DNA of 62,815 nucleotides, the filler included, from Choristocarpus tenellus KU-1152 (lineage: Eukaryota; Protista; Phaeophyceae), in the NCBI GenBank assembly GCA_964200185.2. It is 11 parts of 11 records of this genome, joined end to end, with 100 filler letters (N's around TTAATTAATTAA, not from the genome) between each part and the next. Parts side by side here need not be neighbours in the genome. Positions count along the whole stretch, not along the records: positions 1 to 15,599 come from CAXNAD020000967.1; positions 15,700 to 21,347 come from CAXNAD020010143.1; positions 21,448 to 24,145 come from CAXNAD020025545.1; positions 24,246 to 32,305 come from CAXNAD020005212.1; 7 more parts are not named here. The stretch is one strand, 5' to 3'. Below, piece by piece: positions 14,601-27,100 of the stretch (its first letter is position 1; the number at the start of each line of letters is the position of its first letter). A program made the translations under genes and the position numbers. The notes beneath the pieces are model-generated. The model had not been told where the DNA came from, searched no databases, and saw only the letters and a list, made by a program, of their open reading frames with translations.

Positions 14601-15599
14601 AAAATTACAACCAAACCCAGGACCAATGGGTTATTTGAGAGGCAGGTAGACCAATGTTTCATTGGTCAGGTTCAAGAGTTGTGAAGCCAAGAAATTGCTC
14701 CCTGAATGGGATGTTGTTGCCTTTGAAGCGGTACATTGCAGTAATGAATTAAAAGATGAGCAAGAAGAAGAAATAATGCACAGAAGCAATACTCAGTGGT
14801 GTACTACTCATTTACAGGAGAGCAATACACAACAGGTACCTCTGACTGCTACTGTGGCCTTCGTAAGATTTCAACACAATAAAAATCGTTAGGGTACTGA
14901 GAATTCAACACAATTAACAGGAGAACCCTAACACACCTTTTCGATGAAGTCATTCTCCGGCTTTTTGACCAGTCGGAAGAACCTATCGATATGATCATAA
15001 GGCTCAATCTCAGCTGCACAGAACTTCAAGAATTGGGACAGTGTTATTCGTGCATTTGCGTCGTCACTTTCACCATGCTTGACGTCTTTCATCTCATCCC
15101 CAGGCCTACCGACGCCTCGACCTCTTCCAACAGTGTCAATAATACGCCTGAACAACACAGCATTGAAGAAGCTAGGGAACCCGCAGAGTGTCTTGGTCAC
15201 CGTGACAAAATCCTCCACCCCCAGACCTTCAGGCTGACCAGCAAATACATCCTGTATCTCTCCCCGTCGGGCCTCCAGCGATTCTCGAGGCAATGGTCGA
15301 CCTCGTCCTCTACCACTCTCACCTTCCACCCAGAAACGTGGAATATCTGCCCTCCGGACTCTCACTCGTCCCTCCTCTGACACCTTCCTTGAGGCTTCTG
15401 GTGGTCGCGAGAGGGAGCTCTCTTCGGAAATGCCAGACGAACGTGATGGGGATCTCTTTTCAGGAGACAAGTAACGCTCAAACCGTTGTGACCGGGGTGA
15501 AAGATGGGTTGACCACTGATGTCCCCCCTTGGAAGTAGCAGTAGGGGACCGGACAGCAAGACCGGCAGGACCGACGCCAACAGGCGACTTGAGGGGCGA
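11639..15599 (-). CDS. PPP2R3: Serine/threonine protein phosphatase 2A regulatory subunit B'' (PR72/PR130 family, EF-hand), 5'-truncated by contig end
   Basis: Minus-strand exons >15599..14937, 14550..14417, 14125..14035, 13888..13746, 13493..13274, 12541..12434, 12265..12120, 11813..11639. Motifs [62 protein letters not shown] and C-terminal EAPF*. Intron 12433-12266 has a GC donor. Confidence 0.93.
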
Positions 15600-15699
15600 N
15601 NNNNNNNNNNNNNNNNNNNNNNNNNNNNNNNNNNNNNNNNNNNTTAATTAATTAANNNNNNNNNNNNNNNNNNNNNNNNNNNNNNNNNNNNNNNNNNNN
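15600..15699. other. Artificial contig spacer (44 N + TTAATTAATTAA + 44 N); also at 21348, 24146, 32306, 34976, 39435, 43982, 46646, 52896 and 56802
   Basis: The same 100-bp construct occurs ten times; TTAATTAATTAA places stop codons in all six frames. Confidence 0.98.
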
Positions 15700-15723
15700 C
15701 ACCTCATCACAGAAAAAGGGGAA

Positions 15724-15899
15724 GACTCAAAGTATCTGGGGGGGGGGGGGTCTAAACCAGAGTGTCCATTTGGCCTCAAACCAGGAAAAGTGCACTTTCA
15801 TTATCCATCCAACGTATGGAACCAAATCACCCAAAAATTGCAACAAGAAAAAATTGACCCCAAATGGACAGCCGCCACTCCCCCTAGATACTTTGACCT
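15724..15899 (+). mobile_element. MITE family B (about 175-200 bp), TIR CAAAGTATCT plus poly-G/poly-C
   Basis: CAAAGTATCTGGGG...GTCCATTTGG...CCAAATGGAC...CCCCTAGATACTTTG, flanked by GGAA/GGAA. Confidence 0.85.
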
Positions 15900-15949
15900 G
15901 GAATCGTGCGAGGCTTCTATCTTGTTCTCTTGCTCCACACTTACACAAA

Positions 15950-18840
15950 GACTATCTGCAGTGGGCTACACCGGTGGAAAGGGTCTGTACAACATTCTGT
16001 GGCAAACATAAGAGGTCCCTAACTCACAGACACACCAACGGGACAGGAGTGAATAGCGCATGAGAACTACGAGGATCACAACAGACTTCTGTGGTGTCTG
16101 CTCATCCAAGCAATAAGGGAGTCCATGGCAGCAATCGTGTAGAGACTTGAAAATGACAAGAATCTAGACGGCAGGAGAGTATTGATGGAACTAGAGAGTC
16201 TATGGAGGTCACACAGATGATGAAGTCCCCATGGAAGTTATCACTCTGAAAGCACACCTCTGGTAGCTATGGTGCTCCTCAATCACTGACGGTATGGATT
16301 TTGTCGTCCAACTGGAAAGGCTATTCACAGAATTCGAGCAGCTGAAGGAAAGGAAATCAGACAACGTGGAGAAGGCATTGATACTATTGAGCATCGAGGA
16401 CACCATGCCAAACGTTTTCGCACAGCTGATCACAAGACCTGATACAAGCTACAAGGAGCTGAAGCGGGCAATGGTCTCATCATCGCTGTACCTACATTCA
16501 GACCAGGAAGGGGACAGCAACATAACAACCCTACAGAGCACAACCAGGCACCAACAATCAGACAATCGAGGTGGGTCATTGAGGTATCTTGAGCCTTATC
16601 AATGCGCTCACTGCCCCAAACAAGGTCATCAAAGGAAAGAATGCTGCTTGTATTTTATAGGCAAACCACCATCAGAACAACCACATGGGATGACATCTGC
16701 TACGAAATTTCTTTCGCCACCTGCAGCTACATCAGCTGCACCCAGTCAAGGAGGACGTCAATTGGAAGGATTAAGGATGATCATTCTAAGCCTTCAAGGT
16801 TACAGCCGCGAAGAGGATGAGTGAGTGGTGCTTAGCTCATCGTGAGGCAAGGAGATCGAAATCCTATGTGACTCTGGAGTGAACGTACATCTCATGCCAT
16901 ACAGAGAGGATCTGGAGAACAAAAAGGTAACAAAGCGGAACTGCACCTTCGATAAAAATGGGAAGATGAAGGCTAAGGAGATAGGAGATATGGTACTATA
17001 GACAACAAGCAAGAATGACAGGTCAAGGGTGATACTTCGTAATGTACTTCGGGTATTTGGTATGTAATGCCAAATATTGAGCACTATGACCCTGCAATAA
17101 GGTGGAGAATTTATGGACTTGAGATCAAGAAACAAGCTACCTCAGGACCTTATCAAACAGTCAGCAGATAAATGTTAATAATTCCCCTGATTTCTTAATA
17201 CTTCAAGGTAACAGTGGAAACAAAGAAAGGGGATGTCGAAGCCCCAAACAGCCCTGTGAGGTTATACGCATAGATCTGGCAGGGCCCTTTCAGCTGGAGA
17301 TCACAGGATACAAATACTTCCAATCTTTTACTGATGAGAGCAGCAAGGACAACCAGATTTACGCCTTGAGGACCAGAGATGCAATGATGGACGTAACCAC
17401 TGCCTACATTGATGAAATGGGCTGAGAAAGTATGATTCTGAGGTGCATCAGCGGGGATGGTGCTGGGGAACTTGGAAAATCAATTCAGTTCCAATACATG
17501 CTAGCAAAAAACGGGATTCGATGGAGGGAGTCACCACCACACACCCCCTAGAGCAAGAGGATCGCGGAACGGTCCATCAAGCAACTAATGGAGACTGGAG
17601 AGGAGCCAGCTGGTGAAAGTGGGACTGGGCGACAAGTACTGGTTATTTTCTATATTGGACGTGGCATTCAAGACTGGAGGGATGCCACACGAGCATCTGG
17701 GTGGACAAACACCCTGTGAGTGACTCACGGGAAAGCCATTCAACTACTACAGACTGAGATTCAGGGGGAGTGAGTGCTATGTACACCAGACCAAAAAGCA
17801 GTGGGGAGATAGCTCAAAATTCCATCCCTATGCCAAGAGGAGACTATTATGGGACACGACTGCACATCACTGTGCTGGCACATATGACTTCCTCAGGAAG
17901 GCAAGCTGGTCACTTTTGCGCATGTAACCTTTGAACCAGAGGAGTGAACCATGGACTATGTTGGGGGAACAGGACATCTCTCTAACCGAGTATGAGGAAC
18001 AGGACAAGCACGAAGGCAAGGATTACACTGACAGAGAATCTGAGATGATTGAGGACTTCAGCAACATTAAAGCATCCAACCCGTGAGAACATCAGTACCC
18101 AAGCACAATTCTCCTAAATTGAGATCTGCCAGACCGAGCCAGCAACCTTGGATGGACCGAGGTTTAAAATCTGGGACACGAAGAGACTGAGACGACAACA
18201 ACTCAGGCCCAACACTGATGATGCCTACCGTCTAATGGGTCTGCCAGTCAACACAACTCCAGGCCATCAAGAACCATCTTCTACATCAGAAGCACTTGTG
18301 GGGCCTGCCTGATGCACGAGAATGGCAAGAGGCAATGAACAAGGAGATGGTGGGGCTATGGATGAAAGGGACATTCATAGAGGAGAGGATCTGCCACGGG
18401 GAAGGAAACCCGTCAAGACCAAGTTTGTATTCAAGATGAAGCGAACAGCCAAAGGAACCATCAAACAGTTCAAGGCTAGGTTGGTGGCACAGGGCTTCAC
18501 TCAATGGGAGGGAGTGGACTACTTCAATACGTTCAGCCCAGTGATGGGCTTCAATGTAATCAGGACCGCCAGCAATAGCAGCAGCTCGTAACTGGGAAAT
18601 ACACTCTGTACTTCATGCAGGCCTACCTTATCACTTCACCACCTGAGGACATGTGGCCCTAACTACCTGATGATATGGTAGTCAAGGTTGCTAAGGTTAA
18701 TGAAGTTTTAAAGCAATCAGTCCATGAATGGTACAAGGAACAAAAGGGGACGATTCTAGATGATGGATGGAACATCAGCGAGTCCGACGGCTGCCTATGC
18801 TTCAAGCAGAGTGAGTATGGGACCAACGAGAGAGGTGTTG
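15950..18840 (+). mobile_element. Degenerate Ty1/Copia LTR retrotransposon (gag-PR-IN-RT), family 1
   Basis: Zinc knuckle CAHCPKQGHQRKEC (about 16602), protease EILCDSGVNVHL (about 16857), integrase remnants 17260-17940, RT '[10 protein letters not shown]...[25 protein letters not shown]'. Many stops and frameshifts; no LTRs recognised. Confidence 0.92.
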
Positions 18841-18905
18841 TCCACATAGTGAAATGGGGTGGCGATTCGCTGATCCTTGCTCCACTCAAAGGATAGGCAG
18901 TCACC

Positions 18906-19152
18906 CAATTTCACTGATGTTCCATCGGTCATCTAGAATCGTCCCCTTCAGTTCCTTGTGCTACTCATGAGCTATAAGCCGTAAATAGCCTTGGTGACCA
19001 CACCGTCAGTCAGTTGCACCCACACACGCCCAGGTAGTAAAGCGTTAAGGTAGGCTTGAGTCAAGTCCAGAGCGCGCATTTCCCAGTTACGAGTGCTGCT
19101 GTTCCTAGCACTACCCTAATTACATTGAAGCCAATCAATCGGCTGAACGTAT
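18906..19152 (-). mobile_element. Inverted second Copia family 1 RT fragment
   Basis: Its reverse complement aligns by eye with 18526-18785 (AATACGTTCAGCC...GGCTTCAATGTAAT...CTCGTAACTGGGAAAT...AAGGGGACGATTCTAGATGA...GATGGAACATCAG). Confidence 0.85.
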
Positions 19153-19520
19153 TCAGTCTAACTCTGCACAACCATGCATTGAAGTTGGCGAGAATCAATG
19201 TATACAACTACACTTACACCACAGGAAGTCATGGCAAACAAAAGCAAAGAGCTGCAACATGCACCTCAGCCGCTTTACACAACCCACCTTCTGCAAGAAC
19301 ATTCGCAGGTAGGGGATATGTTACCAAAAGCAATACTTCGGGAGAATCCTTGGCACAAAAATGATGTAAAAAGGGATGCAATCACGCCACAACCTTCCTA
19401 ACCCCTTCATCCTGTAAAATCCACAATACTGCGGTATCCGACCGACTTTCCAACTTCATTCTAAAAAGCAAAGGCAACACGATTCCCCCATGACACAGGC
19501 ACCAATACAATCTCTCTTAC

Positions 19521-21234
19521 CAGGCCGCTCCCTTTTCGCCTCGTAGTGGAACCCATTCCTCCACCGGTTCACGATCATCCAGTTCATTCAACGGGACCTC
19601 CACCTCCCCTAGCCATTCTTCGGAAAAAATGTGCTTTCGCCAGACACCAACACGGATGGAGCGTGGAGGACCCTGCCCTGATCCAGCTCCTGCTGCATTG
19701 GGTAGACTACTAACAACCCCACCACTGACACCTGAGTACAATCCTCCCGCCACCCCACCCCCTTCCTCCCCCAAGACAAGCCTGAAGGCCTGGGAACCGT
19801 AGTGGAGTATGTGAGGGAGGGAGCCTTCTGGCAGAGCAAATCGGAATGTGGCGGCTGCACCCCATCGTGACTGCTGACTGGCCTGCCCATTAGCAGAAGG
19901 AAGGAGGCGCTTCACCCCAGTGACGGCAGTCTCGCGGCCCCACCTCCTAGCCCCAGCTTCCCCCCCACCTCCATAGCCTCCCGCGTAGCTGACATGACCA
20001 CCGTGGCTGCCACCACCGCCCCCTCTGCCCTGTTGCCGCGGCTCTGGGCGTTTCAGGGCGATGAAGGCATACACGTCAGTGCGGGAGGGCTGGTAGTGGG
20101 GGCTCAGGTTCTTGAGACCCAAGAGGTCAGCCCGCACCAATGCTTGGAACCTATGTGGCAGGCGCAGTCGACGGAAGAGTGCATTCCTGCGTGCATTGTG
20201 TTTGTGTGGAAGCATCACACGGCATACCCAATGAGGATCCAGGGGGGTTGAGGAAGGGAGAGTAAAATCGGGATAGATCAGTTACATTAGGCAAGCATGA
20301 GTTGTCAGGACGGTAGGTGGGAGCCTGTAGCCATGTAATATATGCATAAAGGGTCAAATAAACAATATCTAGGGCTTCATGAGGGCTGGGCTAGATACAG
20401 AAACTGATACCACCTATCAACATTCAAGCACATGTTCAGGTCAACTGGTGTAGAAATATGTGCCTTGGGTGAACACATCTCTCTCACCTCACAGGCATCC
20501 ATTCCACTGTCCTCCCCCACCCGACAAACTAACCCCCTGGGACTCAGGTATAAAACCAACTTAAATTGCTTCCAACCCCACCCCTCCCCCCAATATATTT
20601 TTGGAGAGGGTTTATCAACTGTATAATCACATTCATTTTTTCTTTCTCGATTGTCACATAGGGGGCACACTCCGTCTCAACAATCAACAACGTAAAAACA
20701 AAAAAACTTTGAAACTAAAATATTGCACACGGTTTGCAAGCTAATGGACAACTCGATAAGTAGGGGGGGGGCGGGGGCGGGGGCGGGGGGAGGGCGGGAA
20801 CGGAAGATCACCACAAATAGTTAAGGAGCACACAAACCCCGTACATCTTGTTCGAACTGCTAGGCATTGTGCAGTAACAGCTCAGTTGAAGGTGACACGA
20901 TCACCGACAACAACAATCTAGGGTTGTGGACTACACACAACCACTATATTTCACAAAACAGCAGTACATGGAATTGAGAGTCACTACACATTTGCTCGCT
21001 GTGCCTCACCGATACATGTGTTCGAACACACACGCATACAAGGGTTGTGGAACCCCTTGCGCTCCCTCATGTAGATGGCAACGGGAGTCTGCATCAGCTG
21101 CCGCCGCAGCTGCCGCCACAGGTGTTTGAGGGGGCTGAGGTGCTGCTGCATCTCCCTGGCGGACAACAACAGTACCCTCCCCCACAAAACCGGTAGCGGT
21201 AAGGTGGGCAATACCATTCGCTGAAGGTGAACGC
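19521..21234 (-). CDS. C2-domain-containing protein, two internal exons (partial)
   Basis: Exons 21234..21040 and 20186..19521 are phase-compatible with GT-AG borders. C2 C-terminal strands 'IRVGVWRKHIFSEEWLGEVEVPLNEL...VEEWVPL', with Gly-rich insertions. Confidence 0.7.
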
Positions 21235-21488
21235 CTGTAAGAGAACGGAAATTCTGCCCTGTGGCAGGTGCAGGGTGGTAAGAGGGTGAGGACAGGGGGT
21301 TGGGATTGGCGGGAACCATAGAGGTGTGTGATATTAAACAGGGGGGGNNNNNNNNNNNNNNNNNNNNNNNNNNNNNNNNNNNNNNNNNNNNTTAATTAAT
21401 TAANNNNNNNNNNNNNNNNNNNNNNNNNNNNNNNNNNNNNNNNNNNNAGTATTATTCTAAAGCTCCAATCACATTGAATCTGAGGTGA

Positions 21489-21533
21489 TGGGGGGGGGGG
21501 GGCGGTCTACACCGGGGGCATCCATTTGGACCA
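21489..21533 (+). mobile_element. Truncated MITE family B fragment
   Basis: Poly-G followed by GGTCTACACCGGGGGCATCCATTTGG, matching the family B left end. Confidence 0.55.
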
Positions 21534-22703
21534 AAACTCTGGACTCAAAGCCTGATGAAATGGAATGGGGAAATGAATTATTCACAAGTCAGAGATGGTT
21601 TGCACTGCGAAGTTGAAGGAAGGGTCAGGATCAGTGAGGCTCTTCCACATAGCAGATGGGGAATACTTGTTTTTTTGTGTGTGTGTATATTTTTTCTTTT
21701 TACTCACTCCTCCAATAGTACACATAGCAGAACAGAACCATAGGAGGTGTTGGACGTGTAGCAACAAAACCACGACTTACACTGTTTCAACTATAGGACC
21801 TACTTACACTGCTGTAACAAGACCGTACAAGTAGAGATCCTATATTGTTACATGTATTACTATTTGCACTATTGGCTATGTTGTATGTGGTCAGGGGGAA
21901 AACAAAACTGAACAAACAACAGATTATGTGTCAGACGGCATCCTTGGGCTGAGTAGGTACCATTTTGGAGTGTACAGCAGCTCGGTTCTGCTCACCGACT
22001 GATAGAGGGCATGAGAAACAGAAAATAGAAAGCTAAGCCTGTCTCCACACTACCCAATAGCGACGATACTCTAAGTGGGGCTACTGGACTTCTAACGGGT
22101 TGATACGAACAACAGCATCTTACAAGCAATGGAATACCTATTCTACTACAGCTCACACATATACTAACGGATGACAAAGGAACACGAACTGCCAGGGAAT
22201 AAATACAATAGTAACTAGAAAATGAATACCTCTCTTTCCTTCTCATTCTGCGACTAAACGGTAGAAAGTGGCATAAAATAGTCGCTGCCAAAAAGGATGT
22301 AAGACAGAGAGTTGACGGTAAGCAAGGACCCCATTGGTGTAGCAAACTGCACATGGAAGATGCTGTCGTTGCGATCAATGATTCAGTCGACTGAAAGTAC
22401 GCCACGTAGTAAAGAGAGAGGTCTCGTGCTGCGCTCTCAGTACTCTGCCAGTGCGCCTGTCTCTACCCAATGCCCGTCAGTAATTCCAAACCGAAAACAA
22501 CACCGAAGCAACACACCACTGCTAATACTACACAGGAGAAAGCTGGAGAGGCACAGCATGTGGCCAACGCTTACTGCACACGCACCTGCTCATAAGTGGC
22601 AACAGCTCAATACAGTAGGTAGGGTAACACTATACAAGTAAAACAAAAACAAACAACACTATCTGGAAACCTTACCCACTCTAGAAGCTCGACATTGGTC
22701 CTG

Positions 22704-23129
22704 TCAAACTATGAGACGGCGGACATACGGAGAACTTTTATTTATGGTTTCCCCTGACTTGCACTTAGGAAAGTGCTTCCCCGTGGCTGCAAATTCTTTT
22801 AGGAGAGGCGTCTTGAAGTAGCACTTACGGCAATTAGTTATACCCTTCTTGCCGCAACCTTTCCCTAGATTGTCAGAGTTTGCTTCTGTTGTGCATTTGG
22901 TGTCACAGAGGACAGTGCCAGTCCTCTCTGACCCATCCTTCCTCTTCTTCTTTTTGGTCTTGCAGTTGGAAGAATCACAGGTGTCCTGTAGCTGTCGGTT
23001 CCCACTCGTTACCATGCTCGACGTTTCCTCGGTGGTAGAAGAGGTGGCTATGCTGGTCTGTCCAACACAATTTGTCTGCAGTAGTGCGACAAAAATCAAG
23101 ATCATCCCCAGGATACGTGATGTCAACAT
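22704..23129 (-). CDS. Small putatively secreted cysteine-rich protein (141 aa, intronless)
   Basis: ATG start, hydrophobic signal peptide (MLTSRILGMILIFVALLQTNCVG), Ser/Thr-rich spacer, RQLQ motif, then a basic domain with 8 Cys (C-x4-C...CDTKC...GCGKKGITNCRKC...C). Confidence 0.7.
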   Translation of the reverse strand: MLTSRILGMILIFVALLQTNCVGQTSIATSSTTEETSSMVTSGNRQLQDTCDSSNCKTKKKKRKDGSERTGTVLCDTKCTTEANSDNLGKGCGKKGITNCRKCYFKTPLLKEFAATGKHFPKCKSGETINKSSPYVRRLIV

Positions 23130-24245
23130 GATGGTCCTGTTGTCAATGCCTCGTCGGTTGTAGGGCGAGAAAGACTGGAGGGTGTGTACAGTAAGGAGGA
23201 ATATGCTGTTGGTATTGTTGTGACCTTACCCCCAAATATGAGGGTTGATCTTCACCAGTTAACGTTTCATGCCGTTCACTGTTGTTGGTTTAACCGGAGA
23301 AACTATCGGAGAATGGAATCGTAATAGTGAATAAGAACCGTAACTTTCAGTTTAAATGTATATTTCGAAGAAATTCTAATTAGATACATTTTGAGAGATG
23401 GTATCACCAGAAGCCTTATCATATCACCCATGAATTAATATCGACCTTATCCATGATCATTATATCTCCCATGATGTATGGTTAGATCGTACGTACCCAG
23501 GGTTAGCAGACTGCTTCCATATACTGCTGGCTGAATAGATTGCAAAGGCAGGAACGTACAAAGAAATATGAAGGGGAAAGGTAAGAAAAGAAACTAACAT
23601 TACAATCGAGACTGGAGAAGGGGAAATATCATGGGAGTCTTCTGAGCAATAAAAATTGTGAGACATGGACATTTTTTTATTCCTCTCATTCTGCAATCAT
23701 TGCATTTTTTTTTCTTGCATAGTGGAACGGTATATCAAACCCGTATTTGAAATTAATATTTGTATACCAAGTGCTTACTATTATATATAGCACTCCAGTA
23801 TTTACCGTGATTGTTTATTGGTTGGAAGGGAGGAACAGGATTAGTTTTAGTGTAGTACAGTTAGAATGAGTAGAACAGTGTGGAGTGCCCCTGGCCACAG
23901 GTCGAGATGACCCCCAAAATAAAATGAAGAAAAATAATGCTCATTACTACTACTTTGAGTGCTGTTCTTGTCGGTGTTGTTGCAGTTGAGAGTCGAAAGC
24001 GAAAGACTACGAGGGATCTCTTGACCTTCGCACTATTTTCCTCAGCATCTTCACAGTGGAAAGTTTCAGGCACCTTGGTACATAGGCAGCAGAGTAGTTT
24101 CTGGATAACCTAGCGACTTGTATTATGTGTGGTAGAGGGGCAGAGNNNNNNNNNNNNNNNNNNNNNNNNNNNNNNNNNNNNNNNNNNNNTTAATTAATTA
24201 ANNNNNNNNNNNNNNNNNNNNNNNNNNNNNNNNNNNNNNNNNNNN

Positions 24246-24423
24246 CTTTCATTTCCAATGCAAGGCTTGTAATGAGTCATGTGAGTTATCATATTGGTTA
24301 CATGACATGAAGCCGCACTGTCCAAAATCCATTCTTCCCTCTCGCGGCCAACCCCAACGCTTGACACCAAACATTCGTTTTCCCCACACTTGCCTGGAGC
24401 ATTGCTGCTCGGTTCTTCCCAAT
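24246..24423 (-). mobile_element. Copia protease fragment, inverted relative to the adjacent RT
   Basis: 'EEWILDSAASCHVTN' Copia aspartic protease motif. Confidence 0.75.
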
Positions 24424-25950
24424 CCACTCCGTGAAACTTGCGTTGAGTTGGGTAGGACTAGACAGGAAAGCTGAAGGGAGTGCAGGTGTTTGTTTGGTGA
24501 TGTGATGTCTCTCATTGCTAGTGTAGAGAGGAAACATGTTGCTTATGCCTTGGCTGTACAGTCCACATCTAAGCCTATGTTGGTGTGTACCTCCCTTCAT
24601 GGTCGTCTTGTTTCTGAGTTGGGACCAGCCCCACAGTCTTATGCTGACGCTCGAAAGTCTGAATACTGGCCAGTATGGGAAGAGGCTATGTCTGAGGAGC
24701 TCGATGGTTTATTGGACACCGGTACCTTCAGTGTTGCAGATGTACCCTTGGGGCGCAAGGCTATTAGTTCAAAGTGGGTCTTCAAATGGAACGGTGACTG
24801 TTTTGGGAGGTTCAGTGGGGTTAAGGCTAGGCTGGTTGCCGGTTTTGACCAGGAGTACGGCGTCATCGGTTAGGTTAATGGCCAGCATGACTTGTGAGAT
24901 GGACCTGAGGATGTGGCACACCTAGGTGTAGAGAAGACCTTTGTTCAAACTGACCTGAATGACGAAGTGTACATGCGCCTTCGACAGGGACGTGGAGAAC
25001 TCTCCTATACGAATGTTCGCCTTCACAGGTCCTTATATGGATTAAAGCAAGCCTCTAGGACTTGGAATACTAAGCTAGTTCCCACCCTTAAGCGTAATGG
25101 TTTTGAGCAGTGTCTGATTGACCCGTGCATATTTAAACTCGGAAGGGGTGGTCTTGTCAAAATAATCCTTGCAGTTCATGTGGATGACATGGTGGTTTTG
25201 GCGTCTGGTGATGATTGCAGTGATATTTATGCCTCCTTCAATGAAGAGTTCCTCCCCACCAAAAACCTTGGCTTATTGTCTGAGTTTTCTGGTTGCACTT
25301 ACACAAGAGGTTGGAAGCGTGGTACCCTCTCCATCATCCTGACTAACTACGTAAATACAGTTTTGTGTGAACGCTTTTCCACACAATCAACAAGTCCCAC
25401 CCCTGCTGCTCCTTCCAGAAAGCTGGGAATTAGGGAAAGAGATATACCCTTTCAGAGGGTTGTCCTTTTCGTGAGGCAGTTGGGGCGTTAATGTGGGTCA
25501 GTAACATGACTAGGCCAGATGCGGCTAGTGCAGTCAGAGCTGTAGCCCGTCACTCACGTGCTCCAAGTCTTGTCCACTGGAGAGCTGTGACCCAGATCCT
25601 CAAGTGCCTCAAAGGAATGTGGGAGTTGGACTTAACCTACGAGAAAGAGAGCAGGACTGAAACTAGTGGCTTATGCTGATGCAGACTTCGCCAATGAGAC
25701 TTTTGACAGACGTTCTGTATCGAGGGGAGCAGTGATGTGTATGTGGGGAGCTGTTGTCTGGCTTTCTAAGACCCAGCGTATCATTGCACAGTCCACTGCA
25801 GAGGCTGAGTACATAGCCATGGGGGACTGTGTGAAAGAGTTGTTTTTATGGGGTGTGTTGGAATTTGTTCGATTTAATGTTTCTGAATCTTGTTATGTGG
25901 TGTACGAGGACAACACAGGGGCCATCCATTTGTTTGTGCGCAAGCGCGTG
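24424..25950 (+). mobile_element. Degenerate Ty1/Copia RT-RNase H, family 2
   Basis: 'WEEAMSEELDGL', 'KWVFKW...KARLVA', 'RSLYGLKQASRTWN', 'VHVDD', 'TRPD', 'YADADFA...RRSVS', 'STAEAEYIA', 'YEDNTGAI'; frameshifted. Confidence 0.93.
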
Positions 25951-26089
25951 CATGCATGAAGGAATAATTCTTAAGCTTACATGGCAGGAACTAAAAAGAG
26001 ACAGTTGATAATATTTTCAACCTTGGAATTCCAGCACTCCATGTAAATTGTTGCTTTTCTTGATTTCTGTACATATCCAGAGAAGGGAG

Positions 26090-27100
26090 TGGACTAAAGT
26101 ATCTGAAAGGGTACACCCTAATTGCGTTTGCTTGGCATCATCTTAGCAAAAAGGAGCTCCCTGTGAGACATTCCATGGACTGCACAAGTGATGATCTTGA
26201 TAAAATGTTGCTGACCGACCTCTTGATAGTTACCTGTAGCTACTCACATGTTTTGAAAGGTGATCCTTGTAGTGCAATCAGTGCTCACTGTATTCCATCA
26301 GAATCAATTTCCAACAAACAACCCAAGCAGCTGTAGTTAAACAGGAAAAGTATGGTGTCTTCCCTATCTGAGCAACTGGAATTCTTGAAGATCCTCATGT
26401 TGACACCAGCAATGCAAGATTGAGGAGCACAATTTTTTGTTCTTAAGTAGAAAGTGTGCCTGGTATTCACTCTCAACCCTTGAATCATGTCCTACCAATC
26501 TCAACAGATGTTTATTGTGTCAGTATTTGTTATTGTGACACAGAGACTTGTCATTTGTTCTAAATGTCAGGTTTGTCCTACTACTGTGACCCTTCCCCTC
26601 AATTTTGTCTTGACCGATATCAACCCTCTCTCCTTCCCCCCCCGGCATGGTTCAAATATGAGAAGTGTACAGGTTCTTGATGAAGCGAACTAATGCACCA
26701 ACTCCCTGATTTCCACCATGCAGCTGCTCAGCATAAATAAAACCATGAACCCAGACTGACATCTCAAGTCCATACTCTGTCTCATGCTCCTGTTTCATAT
26801 ATATTGACTTACATTGACAGGTTCTATCACTGCAGACACAGAAAGTTTACTACATGGTGAAGAATGCAAATGCTTTCATAGATACCATGCTATTGAGAGG
26901 GGTCAGCTTTACAGAGCTTTCCAATCTGGGATACCAACAGTTCTATGACACTAGCAACCGCCCTTCGGTATCTGATCGAGGACTGGGCCGAGACAGGAAG
27001 GTTGAAGGTTGCTTTCATTGTGTAGGTCAGGAGGAAACATAACACGGAGCAGTGGTTTCACAGAGAGATCATTCTAAACTGGTGGAAGATGTAGAGAAAC
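26090..27100 (+). pseudogene. Probable degenerate KDZ (Kyakuja-Dileera-Zisupton)-type transposase remnant
   Basis: Broken-frame motifs in the expected order: EVYRFLMKR...P...DF, NHEP, YIDRFYHCRH, TNSS, LRYL. Compare KDZ F..L..RF..P...YD.AC..NREP...IDxFH...H...NS..EQ. Boundaries approximate. Confidence 0.4.
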
